19,839 nt of DNA from a bacterium (GTDB lineage: Bacteria > UBP7 > UBA6624 > JBBIMK01): the NCBI GenBank assembly GCA_037444445.1, contig JBBIMK010000030.1:1-19839 (forward strand), written 5' to 3'. The stretch's first letter is position 1, and every line of letters begins with the position of its first letter. The notes under the pieces were generated by a model that saw nothing but the letters and a program-made list of their open reading frames with translations, ran no database searches and was not told the origin of the DNA. Position numbers and translations under genes: made by a program. Positions 7,363 through 13,987 of the stretch are shown here, piece after piece.

Positions 7363-8135
7363 AGAAAAATCCCATTGAAGACTTTAAAAGGTTCCGTTCA
7401 TTTCTTGAAAGCATCCCGTTGGATAAGTATCGTGAAGAATTGAAAGATATTAAGTGGGTAGAACAAGATTTATCTAAAGAGATATTGCCTCTTGCGTCAA
7501 TATTTAAATATTACTGGGAGGAAAGACAATTTCTAAGTTTTGAAGAATGGTTTGAAGTTTTTTGGAAAGGACTTAATACTAACCCTGAGAGTAAAGAAGC
7601 ACTTAAACAATTTAAGAAATATTATTTTGATAAAGACAATGATGGTTGGTTTAAGAAAGGGTTTAAGGCCCGAATGTATAGAACTTGGATTTCAGTTCTT
7701 ACCCAGTTAGACTTTTGTTATACCTTTGAGTATGTCTGTGCCAAAGAAGGTAGAGATTTGCAACTTGAATGTAATGCAGAATTAGATATTAAGGGGATAG
7801 ATGCAAAAATTAATGATATTGGCTTTCAAGTAGCTAAGTTAAGCCAAAGAAAAGAAGCTCGTACTGCAGGCAAGAAAAAAACAGTGGTTACTATTCCCTA
7901 TGCAGTTTTTAATATAGAAGAATTTGAAAAGCGGATTCAGAGCCATAGAGTTAAGGACAAAACCGGTTATCAGAAGACATTAGATTCATTCCACAAATAT
8001 TTCACTCTGCTCCAAAACGGCTTTGTCGTCTTTAATGAAAATTATCTTAAGCAGATAATTGATAATATAGAGGATATTGAGAAAGTTAGAAAAACTGTCG
8101 AGAAAATTTCTTTAGAATTATCAGGAGAATCTTAA
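7359..8135 (+). CDS. Putative type II restriction endonuclease, R.TaqI-like
   Basis: ATGA start/stop overlap with the methyltransferase, with GAGGT 6 nt upstream. At 258 aa it is close to R.TaqI, which I recall as about 263 aa. Blocks WVEQDL, FKARMYRTWISVLTQLDFCY, ELDIKGIDAKI, GFQVAK and LQNGFVVF resemble what I recall of R.TaqI; this recollection is unverified. Confidence 0.6.
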   Translation: MKKNPIEDFKRFRSFLESIPLDKYREELKDIKWVEQDLSKEILPLASIFKYYWEERQFLSFEEWFEVFWKGLNTNPESKEALKQFKKYYFDKDNDGWFKKGFKARMYRTWISVLTQLDFCYTFEYVCAKEGRDLQLECNAELDIKGIDAKINDIGFQVAKLSQRKEARTAGKKKTVVTIPYAVFNIEEFEKRIQSHRVKDKTGYQKTLDSFHKYFTLLQNGFVVFNENYLKQIIDNIEDIEKVRKTVEKISLELSGES

Positions 8136-8145
8136 AATGATTGAA

Positions 8146-8262
8146 GGCGAGCGACGGCGTATAACACAGCATAAGAGGTTCGCCCCGATAACCATCGGGG
8201 GTCACCCAAAATCTTCCTTCGGCGAGACTTCTTGTATGATAGGAACGCTATGTGAAATAGCG
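8146..8262 (+). repeat. attC-like structured repeat, copy B
   Basis: TATAAC (8160-8165), AC, AGCATAAGAGGTTCGCC. Hairpin CCCCGATAACCATCGGGG. Conserved block TCACCCAAAATCTTCCTTCGGCG. Right arm ACTTCTTGTATGAT, AGGAAC, then GCTATGT (8247-8253). TATAAC lies 24 nt after the endonuclease stop. Confidence 0.65.
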
Positions 8263-8278
8263 ATACTGGAGGAAAAGA

Positions 8279-8746
8279 GTGGCGATAAGGCCCAAACTTT
8301 ACCTGGAAAATTCAGTAATTAGTATGTATGATTCAGATGATGACCCATGTAAAAGGGGTCTAACCCGATTATTTTGGCAAGATGTTCTGCCTCATTTTGA
8401 TGTATATATATCAGGTTTTGTCATTGATGGAATCGAAGCAACAGATGAGCCTGATGTGAAAAGAAAGTTGGAGAACCTGGTCAGAGGGTTTAAGGTTTTG
8501 GAAATTACTGAGGATATACTGAAATTATCGGATATTTATTCATCTTACAGGCGTTTACCTCGGATGGACGCCCGCCATATCGCTGTAGCAAGCCTTGGAG
8601 ATATGGATTATTTGGTTACATGGAATCTCAGGCATCTTTACAAGCGCGGAACACAGGAAATGATGTGTGAAATAAACACAAGATTGAAGATACCCATTCC
8701 TACAATTGTCACACCTGAAAATTTTTTTGAAGAGGAGGTGATGTAA
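8279..8746 (+). CDS. PIN-like domain protein (candidate toxin/nuclease)
   Basis: GTG start lies 6 nt after GGAGG. Beta-1-like LYLENSVIS has Glu where PIN domains usually have Asp. RMDARHIAVASLGDMDYLVTWNLRH and C-terminal IPTIVTPENF follow a PIN/VapC-like layout. Assignment is by motif resemblance only. Confidence 0.5.
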   Translation: MAIRPKLYLENSVISMYDSDDDPCKRGLTRLFWQDVLPHFDVYISGFVIDGIEATDEPDVKRKLENLVRGFKVLEITEDILKLSDIYSSYRRLPRMDARHIAVASLGDMDYLVTWNLRHLYKRGTQEMMCEINTRLKIPIPTIVTPENFFEEEVM

Positions 8747-8747
8747 A

Positions 8748-8972
8748 ATGCCGAAGAAAGAAGTTACTGAGCAAGAAAAAGAGAAAATACGAAGGAGAGT
8801 AGAGAGGGAATTTCCGCTATCAAAGTGCTTGCAAGCAATACACTTCTACCGGTATTTAAGGGAAATAGAAGAGGAAACGATGACCACTGAAGAAATCGTA
8901 AATGAGATTAAGGAGAGGGTGCGTCATTTTCAGGAAAGAATGAATCAACAAGCATCGGGCGAAATAACATGA
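8748..8972 (+). CDS. Small charged helical protein (74 aa), candidate partner of the PIN-like protein
   Basis: ATG follows GAGGAGGTGA and starts 1 nt after the upstream stop, suggesting translational coupling. Rich in E/K/R. No family recognised. Confidence 0.55.
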   Translation: MPKKEVTEQEKEKIRRRVEREFPLSKCLQAIHFYRYLREIEEETMTTEEIVNEIKERVRHFQERMNQQASGEIT

Positions 8973-8973
8973 G

Positions 8974-9077
8974 ACCGCCACTTCATATAACACAGCATAA
9001 AAGGTTCGTGCCTTATGTCACTCACTCAAATTCTGCCTTCGGCGGGACCTCTTGTATGCTGGAACATTATGCGGCGC
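8974..9077 (+). repeat. attC-like structured repeat, copy C
   Basis: ACCGCCACTTCA, TATAAC (8986-8991), AC, AGCATAAAAGGTTCGTGCC. Short variable centre. Conserved block TCACTCAAATTCTGCCTTCGGCG. Right arm GACCTCTTGTATGCTGGAAC, then ATTATGC (9066-9072). It starts 1 nt after the stop of the 74-aa ORF. Confidence 0.65.
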
Positions 9078-9227
9078 AGAGAGGTAAAAAATTATGGACA
9101 AACGGATTAAACAAATTCTTAAAGATATCAAATTCCTGAGAGGCATCTATAAAGGATTAATAGCAATACTTCCATCTTTGCCATGCTCTACTTACTTTTT
9201 GGACAGGTATAATACTTACAGGAGGGA

Positions 9228-10508
9228 ATGGTGAAAATCCTCGTGGTGGGGAAGGGGGGGCGGGAGAGCGCCATCGGCTGGAAACTTTCCCATCATCCCG
9301 GGATGGAATTATTCTTTGCCCCTGGAAATCCGGGCACGGAAAGGTTTGGCTCTAACCTTCCTTTTTCGGATATAACCTCCGTTGTGAATTTTGCAAAGGA
9401 GAAGGGTGTGGACTGGGTTTTTGTGGGACCGGAGGACCCGCTGGCGGGTGGCATTGTGGACCGAGGAAAGGAGCAAGGGGTGCGTGTGTTCGGACCCTCG
9501 CGTCAAGCGGCTCAACTGGAAGCCTCTAAAGCCTTCGCCAAATCATTTATGAGAAAGCACCATATCCCAACGGGAGAGTTTGAGATATTTACGGAGCCTT
9601 CTTTGGTGGAGAAATTTACCCGTCAGAGGCACTTTCCCATCGTCCTGAAAGCCGATGGCCTCGCTGGCGGAAAGGGTGTTTTCATTCTGCACTCGCCCGA
9701 GGAGTGCGCCCGGGTTGTAGATGAGGTGATGGTGAAGAAAACCCTCGGGAAAGCGGGCGATAAAGTGGTTATAGAAGAATACCTCTCCGGAGAAGAGGGG
9801 AGTTTCTTCGGCTTCATCCGTGTGTCAGGGAAGGAGTGCTTTGCCCGCACCTTTCCCATCTGCCAGGACCATAAGCGCCTGCTGGATGGCGATGAAGGAC
9901 CGAACACGGGAGGGATGGGCGCTTACGCCCCTGTGGAGCACCTGAAAGCCCTCGCACCCATCGTGCAGGAACGCATCTTCTTTCCCACTCTTCTGGGGCT
10001 TATGGAGGAAGAAATGGACTACACCGGCGTCCTGTATATCGGCTTGATGTTCACCTCCGATGGACCGAAGGTTCTGGAATACAATGTTCGGCTGGGCGAC
10101 CCGGAGGCTCAAGCCCTCCTGCCCCTGTTAAAATCCGACCTCGCTGACATCGTCTCCGCCCTTCTCAATGGAGAAGACCCGGGAAGGCTGGAGTTCTATC
10201 CCGGGTATGCCCTCTGCGTGGTGCTGGCTTCCGAAGGTTACCCCTATTCTCCCCGGAAAGGTGAGCGAATTACCGGGATAGAAGAGGCAGAGCAAAGTGC
10301 TCTCGTTTTCCATGCAGGCACCGGAAAGAAGGAGGCTCAACTGGTTACCGATGGGGGGCGAATTCTCAATGTGGTCGGCACCGGCGAGACTTTGACCATC
10401 GCCAGAGAAAAAGCCTACTCCGCCGCTGAAAAAATCCATTTTCACGGAAAAATCCTTAGATATGACATCGGAAGAAAAGCACTCCAGCACGCAGGAACTC
10501 CGCATTGA
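9228..10508 (+). CDS. purD: Phosphoribosylamine-glycine ligase (GAR synthetase)
   Basis: KILVVGKGGRESAIGWKL N-terminus, an ATP-grasp core (PIVLKADGLAGGKGV, VVIEEYLSGEE, EYNVRLGDPE) and a C-terminal GGRILNVVG motif. The start may be GTG 9231, which has better spacing from GGAGGG than ATG 9228. Confidence 0.93.
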   Translation: MVKILVVGKGGRESAIGWKLSHHPGMELFFAPGNPGTERFGSNLPFSDITSVVNFAKEKGVDWVFVGPEDPLAGGIVDRGKEQGVRVFGPSRQAAQLEASKAFAKSFMRKHHIPTGEFEIFTEPSLVEKFTRQRHFPIVLKADGLAGGKGVFILHSPEECARVVDEVMVKKTLGKAGDKVVIEEYLSGEEGSFFGFIRVSGKECFARTFPICQDHKRLLDGDEGPNTGGMGAYAPVEHLKALAPIVQERIFFPTLLGLMEEEMDYTGVLYIGLMFTSDGPKVLEYNVRLGDPEAQALLPLLKSDLADIVSALLNGEDPGRLEFYPGYALCVVLASEGYPYSPRKGERITGIEEAEQSALVFHAGTGKKEAQLVTDGGRILNVVGTGETLTIAREKAYSAAEKIHFHGKILRYDIGRKALQHAGTPH

Positions 10509-10710
10509 CCGCATAGAAGGCAATCTCGCCGTCGTGGAGGATGCCTTCGGCCACTGCTTCCCCATCCCCGTAGAACTTCTCCCACCAGGAGCCCGGGAAA
10601 ATGATGTCCTCCGGATTTCCATCTCCATTGACGAAGAGCGAACGAAAGCCCTCCTTCAGCAGTCAAAAAACCTGATTCAAGAAATCAAGACCCGCAAACC
10701 TTCCTTATGA
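10462..10710 (+). CDS. DUF3006-family small protein
   Basis: RIDRIEGNLAVVEDAFGHCFPIPVELLPPGARENDVLRISI matches the DUF3006 pattern as I recall it. This family commonly sits beside ComEC-type MBL hydrolases. The only canonical start (10462) overlaps the purD end by 47 nt, so the start is uncertain. Confidence 0.65.
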   Translation: MTSEEKHSSTQELRIDRIEGNLAVVEDAFGHCFPIPVELLPPGARENDVLRISISIDEERTKALLQQSKNLIQEIKTRKPSL

Positions 10711-11660
10711 AGCCGAACCATAACAGCAGGCTTTTGAGTGTTATCACCCTGGTTTTTCTGGTTTTCTCCCTGTTTTCTTGCACCCGAAAGGCGAAGAGAA
10801 CGGAAGAGAGGGGAACGCTGGAGGTTTATTTCTTAAATGTGGGGCAGGGCGACAGTATCCTGTTGAGGGATGCCAGCGGAAAGTCTGCACTGGTGGATAG
10901 TGGGCCTGCTGGCGATGGGGTGGTGCTGATGCTCCAGAACCTTGGCATTACCCACTTTTCTCTCATCATCGGAACTCATCCGGATGCCGACCATATCGGC
11001 TCTATGAAGGAAGTCCTGGAGTCCTTCCCGTCGGAAGTGTATATGGACCCCCAGATTCCTCACACCACCCAGTTTTATTTGAATCTCCTCCTGACCCTGA
11101 AATCCCTGGTGGACTCCCAGAAAACCACCTACCTGAAGCCGGAGGGCCAGCGCTTCCTCCTGGGCGAAACGGTGCTGGAAATCTTCCCATCCCCAAACCC
11201 GCCCTTTGAGGATTCCAACAACAATTCCGTCATCCTGCGGGTAGTTTATGGTGAGTTTACCCTCTTGCTCACCGGAGATGCGGAATCGACAGAAGAGCAG
11301 TGGCTGATTTCCCACTTTGATGCCCCGTTTTTAAAAGCCCGGGTGCTGAAAGTGAGTCATCATGGAAGCCGTACTGGCACGACGGAGACATTCCTGAATG
11401 TAGTTCAGCCAGAGGTGGGCGTGATTTCCACCGGAAAAGGAAACCCATACGGGCACCCGCATAAGGAGGTACTGGACCGGCTGGAAAAGAAAGGGATTAC
11501 AGTTTTTCGTACCGATGAACTGGGAACCCTGCAACTGTTCACCAGGGGAAAAGGATATGAAATCCGTGCCGGGGGAAAGCGCATCTACTCCTCAGAGCAA
11601 CCCGGAGAAAGGATTTCTGCCCTACCCCGTCGTTGTCTGCTTCTCCCCATTGCCTCCTGA
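10707..11660 (+). CDS. Metallo-beta-lactamase-fold hydrolase, ComEC/Rec2 C-terminal-domain-like, probable lipoprotein
   Basis: Signal peptide with lipobox LFSC. LEVYFLNVGQGDSILL, GTHPDADHIG (HxDxDH), LLTGDAE, KVSHHGS, NPYGHPH. ATGA overlap with the upstream ORF. Confidence 0.85.
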   Translation: MKPNHNSRLLSVITLVFLVFSLFSCTRKAKRTEERGTLEVYFLNVGQGDSILLRDASGKSALVDSGPAGDGVVLMLQNLGITHFSLIIGTHPDADHIGSMKEVLESFPSEVYMDPQIPHTTQFYLNLLLTLKSLVDSQKTTYLKPEGQRFLLGETVLEIFPSPNPPFEDSNNNSVILRVVYGEFTLLLTGDAESTEEQWLISHFDAPFLKARVLKVSHHGSRTGTTETFLNVVQPEVGVISTGKGNPYGHPHKEVLDRLEKKGITVFRTDELGTLQLFTRGKGYEIRAGGKRIYSSEQPGERISALPRRCLLLPIAS

Positions 11661-11710
11661 AAATGATGCAATCTCAGATTATAATCTTCGTTGGGAGATG
11701 AAAATATGAA

Positions 11711-11840
11711 ACCGCCACTTCATATAACATAGCATAAGAGGTTCCCCGGTGAGATGACCTGCGTCATCTCACGGCAGTCGCCCAAATTCTTCGCTAACGC
11801 TCAGGACTTCTTTTATGCTGGAGTCGTTATATGAAATCGC
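11711..11840 (+). repeat. attC-like structured repeat, copy D (best-preserved)
   Basis: ACCGCCACTTCA, TATAAC (11723-11728), AT, AGCATAAGAGGTTCC. Hairpin CCGGTGAGATGACCTGCGTCATCTCACGG. Conserved block TCGCCCAAATTCTTCGC. Right arm GGACTTCTTTTATGCTGGAGTC, then GTTATAT (11826-11832). The outer arms TTCATATAAC and GTTATATGAA are perfectly complementary over 10 nt. Confidence 0.7.
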
Positions 11841-12265
11841 GCATCGAGGAGGTTGAAACAATAGCAAGACAAGATTCGCAAACGTTTGTAGAATTGTTTC
11901 CGGTTCAGACCATAGCACTCCCCAAACTTTTTGCCTATCGGTTGGATGTTGGAGGGGAAGATGTATCAACAATTGGTGGCAAATTATCTTATCGATTAAG
12001 GAAAACGTTCAAAGGGCATTGGGTCTGGACAAGTAATAGGATTGTAACAGATACTCCCCAAACTCAAGACGAAATTAAGCCTGTCGTGGAAAATCTCTGG
12101 CGGGAGCAACCCAATATATTCAAAGACCTGCGAGAGGTCAGGCAAGACTCTGAGTGGCAACCTACACCTCTGGCACAGGCTGTATTTGTTGCCAATGGAC
12201 TCCTTGCTGACATTGAGTCTGAAATAAGAGATATTCTGCACAGGAAAATGGAGGTGATAAAATGA
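11831..12265 (+). CDS. Hypothetical protein (144 aa), no recognisable family
   Basis: The ORF's ATG lies inside the GTTATATG right box of repeat D. G+C is intermediate. No obvious SD. Coding status rests on ORF length and context only. Confidence 0.5.
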   Translation: MKSRIEEVETIARQDSQTFVELFPVQTIALPKLFAYRLDVGGEDVSTIGGKLSYRLRKTFKGHWVWTSNRIVTDTPQTQDEIKPVVENLWREQPNIFKDLREVRQDSEWQPTPLAQAVFVANGLLADIESEIRDILHRKMEVIK

Positions 12266-12386
12266 GAATGGCGTTTGCAAGGGTGGTGTACGGAAAGGTT
12301 TATTCTCCCACTCGCGTCGGGTAAATGTAATGAAAATCAGAAACTTTCGTAAAGAAATGAAGTTAATTTAAAGGAGGGAGGAAGAA

Positions 12387-13808
12387 ATGAAGAAATTTTG
12401 GGCAGGAATCTGGCCGTTCGCTTTCCTCGCCGTGCTGTCCTGCGGGGGCAGTGTTGGTGCTCAAATTCCTGAGCAACCAAAGGGAAATTACTGGATAAAA
12501 GCGATAGGTGGCACCGGCAAAGATTATGCACCCTCGTTTATAGAGGACGCAGATGGCTACACCCTTGTCGGATACTCGGAGTCCTTTGGTGCGGGTAGGA
12601 TGGACTTCTTGATAGTGCATATAGATAAGGATGGAAATCTGCTCTGGAGTAAGTCAATCGGAGGTAATAATGAAGACAAGGCGTATGTTGTAAGAAAAAC
12701 ATCTGACGGAGGCTACCTGCTTATAGGAAATACCCTTTCGTTTGGGAGTGGAAAGGAAGATGTTCTTCTGGTCAAACTAAATTCAAACAAAGAACTTGAA
12801 TGGGCAAGGGCAATTGGCGAGACGGATACTGACCTTGGACAAGGTTTGTTGGAAAGCAAGGATGGCAACTATGTTGTATGTGGGACAACGCGTTTTCCAA
12901 ATCAGAAAGTAGCAGCCTTTCTGGCAAAAATAGATAAGAATGGGAATCGTATTTTTAGCAAAACTATAACCTCTCAAGACAGCGATACCTCCTGTTCGGG
13001 ATTAGAAGAAACAGCCGATAGTGGTTATGTGATGATAGGGCATATTACAGGGGGTGTCCTGGTTATAAAGTTAAATAAAGATTTTGTGATAGAATGGGCA
13101 GAATCTGTTGGTACGGGGATTGGAGAAGGTATGCTTTATGCGAACTGGGATGGGATAAGGCAGACAAGCGATGGTGGTTATATATTTGCCGGAAAGACCT
13201 CTCAGGATGGAGATGCTGATTACTTTGCAATCAAAATAAAGGCAGATGGAAGCCTTGAATGGTCTGATTTCCTTGGAGCAAAGGGTTACGATGCTGGATG
13301 GACAATAAATGAAGTAGACGATGGTTATATTGGTGGCGGTACTATAGGGAGGGTAGCTCGGACAGGCTCTCTGGAAGGTGATCCGGGTGATGTTTTGTTC
13401 GTAAAAGCGGATAAAGATGGAAATGTGAACTGGGCAAGTGCCTTTGCCGGTCCAGGGGTGGAGCTGGATGAGATTGAGGAGATAAAGCAGACAAAGGAGA
13501 GGGACGGATATGTCTTTTCAGGGGTAGTTGCGAGTGTTGAGGGCAAAGGGTCAGATTTTTTAGTGGGGAAAATTGATAAGGATGGCCTGGTTAAAAATTG
13601 CAACAACATCAAGTCGCTCAGGATAGTCAACACAAAGCCGAGCGTTTCTCCTTCTTCTATGCCAGATTCAATAGCAGAGATTTCATATACCGTTGATAGA
13701 AAACCCTTGTTACTGGGAATCAAGGATGTTATGTTAACATTTTCACCTGTTTCGCCAGAAATTACAGATGCTCAACCTGATGTGGAGACGATATGCAAGT
13801 ATCCGTGA
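12387..13808 (+). CDS. Secreted or lipoprotein beta-propeller repeat protein (seven repeats of about 47-57 aa)
   Basis: SD GGAGGGAGG. Signal peptide with possible lipobox VLSC. Seven tandem units have the pattern W-x-K/R-x-x-G-(G)...DGGY-x-x-x-G-x-T...D-x-L-x-x-K-x-D-x-x-G, roughly 12492-13600. This resembles SBBP/propeller-type repeats. Confidence 0.8.
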   Translation: MKKFWAGIWPFAFLAVLSCGGSVGAQIPEQPKGNYWIKAIGGTGKDYAPSFIEDADGYTLVGYSESFGAGRMDFLIVHIDKDGNLLWSKSIGGNNEDKAYVVRKTSDGGYLLIGNTLSFGSGKEDVLLVKLNSNKELEWARAIGETDTDLGQGLLESKDGNYVVCGTTRFPNQKVAAFLAKIDKNGNRIFSKTITSQDSDTSCSGLEETADSGYVMIGHITGGVLVIKLNKDFVIEWAESVGTGIGEGMLYANWDGIRQTSDGGYIFAGKTSQDGDADYFAIKIKADGSLEWSDFLGAKGYDAGWTINEVDDGYIGGGTIGRVARTGSLEGDPGDVLFVKADKDGNVNWASAFAGPGVELDEIEEIKQTKERDGYVFSGVVASVEGKGSDFLVGKIDKDGLVKNCNNIKSLRIVNTKPSVSPSSMPDSIAEISYTVDRKPLLLGIKDVMLTFSPVSPEITDAQPDVETICKYP

Positions 13809-13987
13809 AAGGCGTCAAATTATTATCTGTTTTCTTTCTTTCGTTTCCTTCTCCATTATAATTGCTAAAGAGGACTTCCAAACCCTTTCCTTCTCAATGA
13901 GGTGGTGAGGGGCAGTTCCGTATTCCCTCCCTGCCCCGGGTCGGAGGTTAGCGGAAATGGTGGGGGGTTGTTTTGTTCTGTAGAAGG

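Noticed and set aside
8137-8322. 61-aa + strand ORF
   Set aside because: It is made almost entirely of repeat copy B and runs into the better-supported PIN-like gene start. Similar short ORFs are not conserved across the other repeat copies.
9228-11660. purD/DUF3006/MBL hydrolase as a genuine mobile integron cassette
   Set aside because: It has backbone-like G+C, three genes with their own SD sites and housekeeping function, and is far longer than typical cassettes. It is more likely ancestral DNA flanked by insertions or rearranged by repeat-repeat recombination.
11515-11709. 64-aa + strand ORF ending at the edge of repeat D
   Set aside because: Most of it overlaps the 3' end of the MBL hydrolase gene in another frame. 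Only its terminal TGA is notable, because it matches the TGA-ACCGCCAC context of copy C. This is discussed in the findings as a possible relic, not a gene.
5793-11840. The four repeats as a CRISPR array
   Set aside because: The repeats are about 104-130 nt, imperfect and internally palindromic. They are separated by 0.7-2.6 kb of protein-coding DNA, unlike 25-40 nt repeats with 30-40 nt spacers. No cas genes are present.
11831-12265. orf144 as a truncated prokaryotic Argonaute N-domain (the ELFPVQ...LFAYRLDV pattern loosely recalls pAgo N-termini)
   Set aside because: The resemblance is only a short, low-information similarity. There are no PAZ, MID or PIWI remnants downstream. It cannot be supported without a profile search.
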